IMG/VR virus record: IMGVR_UViG_3300037423_001363
Coordinates: 1-41,695 of that record
DNA length: 41,695 nucleotides
DNA from: a virus
Taxonomy: Duplodnaviria > Caudoviricetes
Strand: one strand, 5' to 3'
Shown: in pieces, positions 8,029-17,204 of the stretch
Layout of the letters: the number at the start of each line of letters is the position of its first letter
Position numbering within the stretch: position 1 is the stretch's first letter
Program-made: the position numbers and the translations under genes
The notes under the pieces: generated by a model
The model's database searches: none
Told to the model about the DNA's origin: nothing
What the model saw: the letters and a program-made list of their open reading frames with translations, nothing else

Positions 8029-8676
8029 ATGGACGAACGTCTCTGCGTGACTGAAGACTGCCAACGCCCGGCCCGCAAGAGGAACCTGCGCTGCGGTCGG
8101 TGCTGTCACGCGCTCTGGCCGGACGACCCCGAGCGGGCCAAGGCCAGGCAGCGGGCCAAGACCCACCGACGCAAGGCCGTCGGTCGGCAGAGCGACATCA
8201 CGCTGGAGTACGAGCAGGAGCTACGCCGCAAGGCCAAGCGATGCCCGCTCTGCCAAGTGCGCATGACCATTAAGCCCTACCTACCGACCAGCAAAGAGCT
8301 GGACCATATGGTTCCGCTCAACGTCGGGGGTACCCACACCGTCGGCAATGTGCGGATCATCTGCCGGGACTGCAACATCCACCGCCCCAGGGATGGCAGC
8401 GACTATCTAGGCCCGGTCACCCTGTGGGCCACCCATCCTGGGTTCGTGGTGGCCCCCAAGCGGCAGCCCAGGGCGATACCCCGCTGCCAGTGTGGCGCCG
8501 AGAAGCACAGCGGTAGGTGTTGGACGTGTGAGCCATCACGCATCAAGCCACGTGTGGCTGATGGTCACCGTGCTGCGAAGCCGACAGCCTTGGTGATAGC
8601 AGTCCCATGCGAATCCCTCGGCACGCATGGCCGCCAAGGCGTATGGCGATCCCGATGTAGTGGCTCAATGGCCTGA
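8029..8676 (+). CDS. Second HNH endonuclease, C-terminus possibly degenerate
   Basis: CPLC..ELDHMVPLNVGGTHTVGNVRIICRDCN; ATG 8029 after GGGAGA. Confidence 0.8.
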   Translation: MDERLCVTEDCQRPARKRNLRCGRCCHALWPDDPERAKARQRAKTHRRKAVGRQSDITLEYEQELRRKAKRCPLCQVRMTIKPYLPTSKELDHMVPLNVGGTHTVGNVRIICRDCNIHRPRDGSDYLGPVTLWATHPGFVVAPKRQPRAIPRCQCGAEKHSGRCWTCEPSRIKPRVADGHRAAKPTALVIAVPCESLGTHGRQGVWRSRCSGSMA

Positions 8677-8725
8677 GCCATACATGCGATGGAAAGGGCC
8701 TCGGCCCGAGAGTAACTGTGCGTAG

Positions 8726-8899
8726 TGTTGAAGCTCAAAGCGGACATGCCACTGAGTCACGAGTGACCGATATGCATGTCCGGTTTTTCTGATTTGACCG
8801 GGCCTCAGGACCCTGGGCCAGAAACGCATACAGAATCTCAGATTTCCGGCTAACTCTGCGTAATCGCCTTCTGAGACCCCTGAAAGGCGGTGACTCTGC
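8726..8899. other. Intergenic region likely containing the cos/packaging site
   Basis: Lower-GC noncoding gap between HNH and terS; position typical of HK97-like cos phages. Exact site not identified. Confidence 0.3.
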
Positions 8900-9370
8900 G
8901 TGACTTCCCGCGGAAGACCGCCGAAGCCCCTTGAGCAGAAGCGACTGCTCGGCCGAACCCCCACGACGGACTCCGGTGGCCGCCCACTGCCGAAACCAGC
9001 TGAGATCACCATCCTGCCGCAGGCTGATGGGATGCCCGACTTCCCGGCCGACCTTGACGAGCCCGGCCGGGATCTGTGGCGGCGGATGTGGCAGCAAGGG
9101 ATCACCTGGATCTCGCCGCAGACCGATTCGGCGGCCGCCGAGGAAGCATGCCGGGCGGCGGATGACGTGGCCATCGCGCGTACCCGCTACCGGGCGACCC
9201 GGGATCCGAAGGACGCCGCCGCGCTGGTGGCGCTCGGCAAGCGCCTCGATGACGCGCTGTCGCAGCTCGGGTTCAACCCCACCGCGCGTTCGCGGCTGGG
9301 TGTGGCGGAGGTGAAGCGTGTCTCCGCGATCGACAAGCTCCTCGAGAAGAGGCAACGCCGCGACGCCTGA
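8900..9370 (+). CDS. terS: Terminase small subunit (P27-like)
   Basis: GRPPKPLEQKRLLG..LPKP..W..LSQLGFNPTARSRLGV. Confidence 0.9.
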   Translation: MTSRGRPPKPLEQKRLLGRTPTTDSGGRPLPKPAEITILPQADGMPDFPADLDEPGRDLWRRMWQQGITWISPQTDSAAAEEACRAADDVAIARTRYRATRDPKDAAALVALGKRLDDALSQLGFNPTARSRLGVAEVKRVSAIDKLLEKRQRRDA

Positions 9371-10856
9371 CGGCTGGCCGCCGCGCTGGCTGACAGCGAT
9401 CCCACCCGACGAGGTCGCTGCCGGTGACGGGCCGGACTACATCGACTTCATCGAGGGACTGTGCCGGGTCACGAAGGACTCGGTAGCCTCGCCGGCGGGA
9501 AAGCTGATCGAGCTGCGGCCGTGGCAGCGCAACGCCATCTCGCACCTGCTCGCTCGGCGCGCGGACGGGCGTCTGCGGCACCGGCAGGCGCTGATCGGGA
9601 TCGCCCGCAAGAACGGCAAGTCCGGTTTGGGTGCCGGCCTGGCGCTGTCCGGGCTGGTCCTCGGACCGGTCGGCGGCGAGGTGTACTCGTGCGCTGCCGA
9701 CAAGGAGCAGGCCCGGATCGTGTTCGGCACCGCCCGGCGGATGGTGGAGCTCGACCCGGAGCTGACCGAGTTGCTGAAGCTGTACCGGGACGCGATCGAG
9801 TTCCGCAAGACCGGCTCCGTGTACAAGGTGCTCTCCGCCGAGGCGTACACCAAAGAGGGCCTGAACCCGCATCTGGTCCTGTTCGACGAGGTCCACGCCC
9901 AGCCCAGCCGTGACCTGTGGGACGTCATGTCCCTCGCGATGGGCGCCCGGGTCGAACCGCTGCTGGTGGGCATCACCACGGCCGGTGCCCGGTTCGACGC
10001 GTCCGGTCGGGACTCGCTGTGCTTCAAGCTGTACGAGCACGGCAAGCGGGTCGCGTCCGGCGAGGTCGAGGACCCGTCGTTCTTCATGGCGTGGTGGGAG
10101 CCGACCGACCCGAACGCCGACCACCGGCTACCCGAGACGTGGCTCGAGGGCAACCCCGGCTTCGGTGATCTCGTCGCCGCGGAGGACTTCGCCGCCTCGG
10201 TGGTGAAGACACCCGAGGCCGAATACCGGACGAAACGCTGCAACCAGTGGGTCACGTCGTCTGAGACGTGGCTGCCGCACGGCGCGTGGGACGCCATCAA
10301 GGACGTGCGCGACATCCCTGACGGCGCGAAGGTGGTCCTCGGCTTCGACGGGTCGTTCAACGGCGACTGCACGGCGCTCGTAGCGGTGTCGGTGGAGGAG
10401 ATCCCGCACATCCAGGTGGTGGAGGCGTGGGAGCGTCCGGCCGACGAGACGGACTGGCAGGTGCCGATCCTCGACGTCGAGGACATCATCCGGAACGCCT
10501 GTCGCCGCTGGCAGGTCGCCGAGATCGCCTGCGACCCGTTCCGCTGGGCGCGCACCTACCAGGTGCTCGAGGGTGAAGGTCTGCCGATCGTCGAGTTCCC
10601 GCAGTCGCCGGCCCGGATGACCCCGGCGACGACCCGCTTCTACGAGGCGGTCATGAATAAGTCGATCACCCAGTCGGGCGACAAGCGGCTGGCGCGGCAC
10701 GTCGACAACGCCGTCCTCAAGGCTGACTCCCGCGGCACGCGGATCTACAAGGAGCACAAGTACTCGACCCGGCGCATCGACCTCGCGGTCGCCGCGGTCA
10801 TGGCGCTGGACCGCGCCGCGGCACCGGCGGCCTCGCCGCCGATGATCTTCTTCTAG
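9318..10856 (+). CDS. terL: Terminase large subunit
   Basis: LRPWQ, ARKNGKS (Walker A), LVLFDEVH (Walker B), ITTAG, GFDGS..DCTA, RIDLAVA nuclease motifs. Confidence 0.97.
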   Translation: MSPRSTSSSRRGNAATPDGWPPRWLTAIPPDEVAAGDGPDYIDFIEGLCRVTKDSVASPAGKLIELRPWQRNAISHLLARRADGRLRHRQALIGIARKNGKSGLGAGLALSGLVLGPVGGEVYSCAADKEQARIVFGTARRMVELDPELTELLKLYRDAIEFRKTGSVYKVLSAEAYTKEGLNPHLVLFDEVHAQPSRDLWDVMSLAMGARVEPLLVGITTAGARFDASGRDSLCFKLYEHGKRVASGEVEDPSFFMAWWEPTDPNADHRLPETWLEGNPGFGDLVAAEDFAASVVKTPEAEYRTKRCNQWVTSSETWLPHGAWDAIKDVRDIPDGAKVVLGFDGSFNGDCTALVAVSVEEIPHIQVVEAWERPADETDWQVPILDVEDIIRNACRRWQVAEIACDPFRWARTYQVLEGEGLPIVEFPQSPARMTPATTRFYEAVMNKSITQSGDKRLARHVDNAVLKADSRGTRIYKEHKYSTRRIDLAVAAVMALDRAAAPAASPPMIFF

Positions 10857-10859
10857 GGG

Positions 10860-12149
10860 GTGGCTATGTCGTTCTGGTCCTGGTTGACCGGTGCTGGCGC
10901 CGTCCCCAACACCACGGTCGGCGATCCGGATTCGGTCGGCCCCGGCTACCGGCCGGGCGACCCGAACGGGGTCGAGCTCGAGCCGGCCCCTGGGCCCGTG
11001 CAGAACCGGATGGCGGCGATCGTGCCGTCGCCCTGGGACGGGTGGCCGGCGAACTGGGCTTCCCCGCTGTGGAGTCAGGGCGGGCTCGGGCAGAAGCTCG
11101 ACGAGTTGGTCGACGTCGCGTGGGCCGCGCTGGATCTGAACTCGTCGGTGTTGTCGGCGATGCCCGTCTACCGGACCCGGGGCGGTCGGGTGCTGCCGGC
11201 GACCGCGTGGATGGGCAACCCGGACCCGGACATCTACACCGATTGGTCCGAGTTCGCGAAGCAGCTGTTCTGGGACTTCCAGCTCGGTGAGGCGTTCGTC
11301 CTGCCGATGTCCCGGTCGGCGGACGGCTGGCCGTACAGCTTCCGGGTGATCCCGCCGCCGCTGGTGAACGTGGAGATGACCGGGGCGGGGCGCCGGTACA
11401 ACATCGGCAGCCTGGACGTCACTGGCGACATCCTGCATATCCGCTACAAGTCGACGGCGGACACCCCGCGCGGTGTGGGCCCGCTGGAATCCGGGCGTAC
11501 CAGGCTGGTCGCGGCGTCCGTGCTGTCCCGGTACGCGTCCGACTTCGCCGCGTCCGGCGCGGTACCCAAGTACACCCTGGACACCGACCAGCCGCTGACC
11601 CAGAAGCAGGCGACCGAGCTGCTCGACCGGTGGTGGGAGTCCCGGATCGGCAACTTCGGCGAGCCGTTCAAGCCGGCGGTGCTGTCCTCCGGGCTGAAGG
11701 CGAACCCGCTGCAGTTGTCTCCGCAGGAGATGGGGCTGACGGATCTGGCGCAGTACAACGAGGCGCGGATCTCGGTGCTGCTGGGTGTTCCCCCGTTCCT
11801 GCTGGGGTTGCCGACAGGTGAGTCGATGACCTACTCGAACGTGTCGCAGGTGTTCGACTTCCATGACCGCCGGTATCTGAAGACCGCGGCGGTGCGGGTG
11901 ATGTCGGCGCTGTCCGGGTGGGCGCTGCCCCGCGGCCAGTCGGTGGAGCTGAACCGGGACGAGTACTCGCGGCCGGCTCTGCTCGAGCGCGCGCAGGCGT
12001 ACGAGAAGTTGGCGGCGCTCGGGGCGTTGTCCGGGGCGGAGATCCGGGTGATGGAGCGGTTGGTGGACGCGGACGTGCCCGATGACACTCTCGACGATGG
12101 TGGGGATCTGGTGGCTGCGCAGGCGTTGACGGGTGGTGGCCGGTCGTGA
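10860..12149 (+). CDS. Portal protein (HK97-like)
   Basis: GEAFV, DILHIRY..RGVGPL, ISVLLGVPPFLLG..MTYSNV; follows terL. Confidence 0.92.
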   Translation: MAMSFWSWLTGAGAVPNTTVGDPDSVGPGYRPGDPNGVELEPAPGPVQNRMAAIVPSPWDGWPANWASPLWSQGGLGQKLDELVDVAWAALDLNSSVLSAMPVYRTRGGRVLPATAWMGNPDPDIYTDWSEFAKQLFWDFQLGEAFVLPMSRSADGWPYSFRVIPPPLVNVEMTGAGRRYNIGSLDVTGDILHIRYKSTADTPRGVGPLESGRTRLVAASVLSRYASDFAASGAVPKYTLDTDQPLTQKQATELLDRWWESRIGNFGEPFKPAVLSSGLKANPLQLSPQEMGLTDLAQYNEARISVLLGVPPFLLGLPTGESMTYSNVSQVFDFHDRRYLKTAAVRVMSALSGWALPRGQSVELNRDEYSRPALLERAQAYEKLAALGALSGAEIRVMERLVDADVPDDTLDDGGDLVAAQALTGGGRS

Positions 12150-13009
12150 GCGAGATGTCGTCCTCGGCAATCAACGATCTTCCGGATTCCGCCTTTGCGT
12201 ACATCGAGCCCGGCGGCAAGAAGGACGACCAGGGCAAGACCGTGCCGCGGTCGCTGCGGCACTTCCCGATCCACGACGCCGCGCACGTGCGCAACGCGCT
12301 GGCCCGCGCGCCGCAGTCACCGTTCGGGGACAAAGCCATGCCGAAGATCCGCGCCGCGGCGAAGAAGTTCGGCATCAAAGTTACCGAGGATCGGGCCGAC
12401 CTCGACGCCGCGGTCGATGACGAGACACCGCGGGCGCCGATCGAGTTCCGCAACTCCACCGTCGCCGGCGTGAACTTCGCGCAGCGCCTCATCGACGTGG
12501 TCGTCGTGCCGTACGAGGAGTCCGCGCTGGTCGAGTACCGCGGCGAACTCTGGAACGAATCATTTGAGCGCGGATCGTTCGACGGGATCGAGAAGCGGCC
12601 CAACCGGGTGCGCGCCAACCGGGACCACGACGACCGGCGCCTAGTCGGTAAGGCCGTGCGATTCCACCCGTCCCGCACCGAAGGTCTCGTGTCGGAGGTC
12701 CGCATCTCGCAGACCTCGCTGGGAGACGAGACGCTCGCGTTGGCGGACGACGAGGTGCTGAGCGTGTCGGTCGGGTTCGCCGCCCGCGGCAAGGACCAGG
12801 TATTCGACCGGCGCGCCATGACTCGTCGCATCAAGAGGGCGTTCGCCGACCACATCTCGTTCACGCCTGTGGGGCAGCAGGCGTACGCGGGCGCGGGAGT
12901 GCTCGCCGTGCGGCACAGCCTGCAGCCGGCCGGCGCGGAGGTCCTGCAGAAGCTGGACACGCCCAACCTGGACGAGCTGCGCGACTGGCTCAACACGCGC
13001 AAGCACTGA
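12146..13009 (+). CDS. HK97-family prohead protease with N-terminal DUF6582-like domain
   Basis: ESFERGSF..RDHD..VG..SVSVGF..AYAGAGVLAVR; N-terminal DLPDSAFAYIEPGG..FPIHDAAHVRNALAR. Confidence 0.85.
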   Translation: MSEMSSSAINDLPDSAFAYIEPGGKKDDQGKTVPRSLRHFPIHDAAHVRNALARAPQSPFGDKAMPKIRAAAKKFGIKVTEDRADLDAAVDDETPRAPIEFRNSTVAGVNFAQRLIDVVVVPYEESALVEYRGELWNESFERGSFDGIEKRPNRVRANRDHDDRRLVGKAVRFHPSRTEGLVSEVRISQTSLGDETLALADDEVLSVSVGFAARGKDQVFDRRAMTRRIKRAFADHISFTPVGQQAYAGAGVLAVRHSLQPAGAEVLQKLDTPNLDELRDWLNTRKH

Positions 13010-13141
13010 CCGACATCGTTTTAGCACTACCGACCCCCCGAAGAATGTGGGTCGCCTCGTCGAATGAGGCGGGTCGTAGCGGGTGCTGCCGCTGGCCGAG
13101 AGGGCCACAACCGTCAAGCACTCACTACGAGGAGCATCACT

Positions 13142-14389
13142 GTGGCCAGTACCCACACCGACGCCATGATCGGCCGTCTCGAGAAGGAGATCGAGGAGCG
13201 GTCCTCGTTCATCGAGGGCGTCATCGGCAACGTTCAGGACCAGGACCGGGACCTGACCGACAACGAGAAGGAACTCACCGTTCAGGCCCGCTCGCGCATC
13301 AAGGCGTGCGAGGAGCAGCTGAACCACCTGTACGAGTCGCGGGAACGCACCACCGCGGCGCGGCAGCGTGCGCAGCAGGTCCAGTTGGAGATGAACCGGC
13401 TGCGCAACCAGGTCGACAACGGCCCGGTCGAGTACCGGTCCACCGGCGCCTACCTGACCGACTACATCGCCGCGTCGACCGGCTCCCGGGATGCGATGGA
13501 GCGCCTCGAGGTCTACACCCGTGCCGCCGCGCACCAGAAGACCTCCGACAACCTCGGTGTCGTCCCGGACCCGATCGTCGGCGACGTCGTCAACTTCATC
13601 GACGCCTCCCGCCCGGCCGTGAACTTCCTCGGCCCACGGAGCCTGCCGTCGGCGACCTGGTACCGGCCGAAGGTCACCCAGCGGACTACCGTGGCCGTGC
13701 AGGGCACCGCCGGTGCGCCCGCGGATGAGAAGACCGAGCTGGTGTCGCAGAAGATGACGATCACCCGGCTCACCGGCACCGCAGTCACCTACGGCGGCTA
13801 CGTCAACGTGTCCCGGCAGGACATCGACTTCTCTCAGCCGTCCATGCTCGACGTCGTGGTCACCGACCTGGCGGCGCAGTACGCCGTCCAGACCGAGGCG
13901 GTGCTGGGCACGCTGATCCAGACCCAGGCGAACAACGTGGAAGTAGCCGGTGCCGCCGGAGCTGAGACGGCCGCCACCCTGACGGCAGCGCTGTGGACGG
14001 CGGTCGCGAACGTGTACGCGACGATGAAGGGTGTCGGCCGGGTCGCGCTGGTCGTGCCGCCGTCGCGGCTGGGCATCTGGGGCGCCCTGTTCGCGCCGAT
14101 CAACCCGCAGAACGCACAGTCGACTGGCTTCAACGCCGCCGACTTCGGCGCGGGGACGGTGGGGAACATCTCCGGCATCCCGGTGATCTGCTCGCCCGGC
14201 TACCCGACGGTCACGAACCACCTCGGTTCGGTGGTGTCCTCGGGGGCGATCGAGGTGTACGAGCAGCGCGTCGGCGCCCTGCAGGTGACGGAGCCCAGCG
14301 TGCTGGGCGTGCAGGTCGCCTACGCCGGGTACTTCACGCCGATGCTGATCGAGACGGCGGGCGTGCAGCGGATTGTGAACCTGGTCTGA
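13142..14389 (+). CDS. Major capsid protein (HK97 fold with N-terminal delta coiled coil)
   Basis: GAGGAG RBS then GTG; coiled-coil N-terminus (RDLTDNEKE); TYGGYVNVSRQDIDFS; GNISGIPVI. Confidence 0.92.
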   Translation: MASTHTDAMIGRLEKEIEERSSFIEGVIGNVQDQDRDLTDNEKELTVQARSRIKACEEQLNHLYESRERTTAARQRAQQVQLEMNRLRNQVDNGPVEYRSTGAYLTDYIAASTGSRDAMERLEVYTRAAAHQKTSDNLGVVPDPIVGDVVNFIDASRPAVNFLGPRSLPSATWYRPKVTQRTTVAVQGTAGAPADEKTELVSQKMTITRLTGTAVTYGGYVNVSRQDIDFSQPSMLDVVVTDLAAQYAVQTEAVLGTLIQTQANNVEVAGAAGAETAATLTAALWTAVANVYATMKGVGRVALVVPPSRLGIWGALFAPINPQNAQSTGFNAADFGAGTVGNISGIPVICSPGYPTVTNHLGSVVSSGAIEVYEQRVGALQVTEPSVLGVQVAYAGYFTPMLIETAGVQRIVNLV

Positions 14390-14421
14390 GTCGCGTTAGC
14401 CCCTGGAGAGGAAAGCAGATC

Positions 14422-14670
14422 ATGGAAGTAAGTGAAGACGGCACGATCACCGGTTCGATCGACGTGTCGAAGCTGGACGAGATCGACCCGAAGACCGACG
14501 AGGCCAAGGCGCAACTCGCCGCGCTGAAGGCTGAGGCGCAGGCCGGGCTGGAGCAGACCCAGCCGGTGGAGGAGTCTCCGAAGGAGACCACCACCCCGGC
14601 CGGTCCAGGCCCCGCCGACGGCGGCAAGGCTCCGGCGAAGAGGCCGGCGTCGGGCAGCGACAAAGGCTAG
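14422..14670 (+). CDS. Hypothetical head-associated protein
   Basis: GAGGA RBS, follows capsid. Confidence 0.7.
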   Translation: MEVSEDGTITGSIDVSKLDEIDPKTDEAKAQLAALKAEAQAGLEQTQPVEESPKETTTPAGPGPADGGKAPAKRPASGSDKG

Positions 14671-14673
14671 GCC

Positions 14674-14973
14674 ATGGCGACGACGAATTTCCGTGAGGAC
14701 TTCCTCGGCCGGGACCTGCAGGCGCCGACGGTCAATTCGCTCGACTCCCTCGGCCGGGCGACCACAGCCACGGCCGACTTCATGGGCCGGGCGTTGCGGC
14801 GGATTCTGCGGGCCAACACGACCGCGGTGACGTTGAACCAGGAGCTGCAGTTCGCGGGCGGCACGAAGTACATCGTGACCGTGGCGGGCACCACGGCGGC
14901 GTCAGAGCCGTCTCCGCCGGCGGTGGGTGCCACGGTCGCCGACGGCACCGCCACGCTGCTCCGTCAGAAGTAA
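14674..14973 (+). CDS. Virion protein with carbohydrate-binding-like C-terminal module
   Basis: DFLGRxL repeats; RANTTA..Y.VTVAGTT..P..VGATVADGT. Confidence 0.7.
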   Translation: MATTNFREDFLGRDLQAPTVNSLDSLGRATTATADFMGRALRRILRANTTAVTLNQELQFAGGTKYIVTVAGTTAASEPSPPAVGATVADGTATLLRQK

Positions 14974-15004
14974 CCGAGAACCGAACAGGTAGGGGGTCGC
15001 TGAC

Positions 15005-15538
15005 ATGGTGATGTACGCGACCCCCACCGAACTCGCCGGGTTCCTGCAGAAAGACCTCGACACCTACTCGGCCACGCAGGCGCTCACACTCGCCTCAGCC
15101 GACTTCTCCACCGCGGCATGCACCTGGTTCGCGTCGCAGACCGCCACATACACCCGGGCGGCGGAGGGCTGCTACAGCATCTACCTTCCCGCTCACCCGG
15201 TCACCGCTGTCACGCAGGTGCGGCTCAACGGGGTGGTGGTCACCTCCGCCTGGACTCTCATCGGCGACGTCGTCTACTCGTCGTCGGCGTTCGGGGCCAG
15301 TAACGGGTTCCCACCCGACAAGCTCGAAATCGACTACACGTTCGGCTACACCACCGTCCCCGACGACGTGAAGGGCGCCGTGCTGAAGATGGCCGGCCGG
15401 CAGTACCAGCAGCCGACCCCGGGCGTGTCCATGGAGCAGATCGATGATTATGTCGTCCGGTATGACGGGAAGCCGATCTACGTCAGCGAAGACCCGACGA
15501 CCGTGATCGCCCGCTACCGGCCCGTCGCCGTCGCCTGA
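15005..15538 (+). CDS. Head-tail adaptor
   Basis: YATPTELAGFL..PVTAVT.V..IDYTFGY..VPDDVKGAVL..EQIDDY.VRY. Confidence 0.85.
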   Translation: MVMYATPTELAGFLQKDLDTYSATQALTLASADFSTAACTWFASQTATYTRAAEGCYSIYLPAHPVTAVTQVRLNGVVVTSAWTLIGDVVYSSSAFGASNGFPPDKLEIDYTFGYTTVPDDVKGAVLKMAGRQYQQPTPGVSMEQIDDYVVRYDGKPIYVSEDPTTVIARYRPVAVA

Positions 15539-15605
15539 CGTCGCTGCGGGCTACCGCGGCCCGATCGCCGCCTGAACTGATTCCACCGACCAGAGGAGCT
15601 AGGCC

Positions 15606-16229
15606 GTGAAGTGGTATCGCCAGGCCCCGGCGAAGCTGCTCAACAAGGAGATCGACTACGACACGGATGCCCTGAAGTGGACGCTTCACACGTCCACGTA
15701 CACGCCGAATCAGGACACCCACGCCTACGTGTCCGACCTGACCAACGAGTTGTCCACGGCCGGCGGGTACACGGCCGGCGGGCTCGCGATCGCGTCACCC
15801 ACGATCACCGCGACGGCCGCGAACTCGTGGGGCACCTCGCGCGCCAACTCCACCGCCTACGCCGTCGACGACGTCGTGCGGCCCGCCTCAGCGAACGGGT
15901 TCCTGTACCGGTGCGCGGTCGCGGGCACCTCAGGCGGCGCCCCGCCCACCTACTCGACCGTTCTCGGCCGGGAGACCGCCGATAACACGGTCGTGTGGGA
16001 GACCGTAGGCTCCGGCATCGTCGTCATCGGCTGCACGGATCCCAACTGGACAACCGCGACGTTCGGGCCCTGCCGATACGCGGTCCTGTCCGACCGGACC
16101 CCGGGCACGGCGGCGACGCAGCCGCTGCTCGGCTACATCGACTTCGTCACGGACAAGACCGGCGGCGGCGGCAACTTCACCATCAACCTCCACTCGGTGC
16201 TGCGCGCCGGGCACTTCTTCATCCCGTAA
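15606..16229 (+). CDS. Virion structural protein with CBM-like insert
   Basis: IDYDTDALK..NELS..GYTAGG; RANSTAYAVDDVVRP..NGFLYRC..AGTSG..W. Confidence 0.8.
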   Translation: MKWYRQAPAKLLNKEIDYDTDALKWTLHTSTYTPNQDTHAYVSDLTNELSTAGGYTAGGLAIASPTITATAANSWGTSRANSTAYAVDDVVRPASANGFLYRCAVAGTSGGAPPTYSTVLGRETADNTVVWETVGSGIVVIGCTDPNWTTATFGPCRYAVLSDRTPGTAATQPLLGYIDFVTDKTGGGGNFTINLHSVLRAGHFFIP

Positions 16230-16241
16230 GGAGCCCCCGGC

Positions 16242-16796
16242 ATGGACATCTACTTGTGCGAACCGGTTGGCCCGTTCCAGAGCGTCGGCGGTTCGGCGTT
16301 CAACACGTTCACGACGAAACAGAACGTGACCTCACTGCCAGTGCCGGTGATCCCCGCCGGGAAGCTGCGGCAAGGATCGCGCATCCACATCAAGGCGTAC
16401 GGTGAATTCACCGATACCGCCACGGTGAACTTGACGATGGGCTTCTGGTTCGGACCACGCGCGGGAACGCCTATCACAGGCGATATCGCCCTGTCGTCGG
16501 TGATCTCGCTGACAACTTCGGCGGTGGCGTGGCCGTGGTGGATGGAGTGGGATGGCATCGTCAATTCCGCCCCGGGCACCGCCGCGACACTGCTCGGGCA
16601 GGGCCAGCTGCAGCTCGGCTCGGCGCTGACGACGTTCAGCGCCGAGGTGCCCATCCCGATCACCGCGGCCCTGCGTACGGTGTCCGGATTCGACACCACG
16701 ATCGAACGGGCCATCGGCGTCTCCGCGACGTGGGGTACTTCCGCTGCCGGCAACTCGATCACCGTCAACGGCATCCGCGTACTAATCCTGAACTGA
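16242..16796 (+). CDS. Virion structural protein
   Basis: AAGGAG RBS; beta-rich T/G/A composition. Confidence 0.8.
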   Translation: MDIYLCEPVGPFQSVGGSAFNTFTTKQNVTSLPVPVIPAGKLRQGSRIHIKAYGEFTDTATVNLTMGFWFGPRAGTPITGDIALSSVISLTTSAVAWPWWMEWDGIVNSAPGTAATLLGQGQLQLGSALTTFSAEVPIPITAALRTVSGFDTTIERAIGVSATWGTSAAGNSITVNGIRVLILN

Positions 16797-16813
16797 CGAA
16801 AGGCCACCTGGGC

Positions 16814-17185
16814 ATGACCGTCACGCCGATCCCGCAGTCCACCCTGCCCATCGGTACCACGTTCACCGGGCCGTTCGACATACCGCCCGGTACCACCGGC
16901 TTCTCGGTCGTGATCGACCGGACCCCGACCGGCGGCCTCAACGAACTGGACGACACCACCACGTTCGACATGACGATCCAGTCATCGCCGGATGGCGTGA
17001 CGTGGAACGACGAGGGCGGGGGCAGCACGACGGGCGGCATCTTCACCGACCACCACGGCCAGGTCAACACGTTCATGGTCGGAGTGGGCGGGATGAACCC
17101 TGATGCGACCGTGGTGGGTGCGCTCATCACCGTCGGCGGATCGGCGTCGGTCGTCATCGCGGGTTCCGTAACGACCGTCCCGTAA
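16814..17185 (+). CDS. Virion structural protein
   Basis: Beta-rich; IQSSPDGVTW motif. Confidence 0.7.
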   Translation: MTVTPIPQSTLPIGTTFTGPFDIPPGTTGFSVVIDRTPTGGLNELDDTTTFDMTIQSSPDGVTWNDEGGGSTTGGIFTDHHGQVNTFMVGVGGMNPDATVVGALITVGGSASVVIAGSVTTVP

Positions 17186-17204
17186 CCCGGAAGGCGGACC
17201 TGAC

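Noticed and set aside
13007-13141. Stop readthrough fusing protease and capsid (same frame)
   Set aside because: A second in-frame TAG follows four codons later, and the capsid has its own RBS.
10128-14221. Long antisense ORFs (680, 444 and 526 aa) and similar shadows elsewhere
   Set aside because: Arg/Pro/Gly-rich shadow frames of well-supported plus-strand genes, expected at this high GC.
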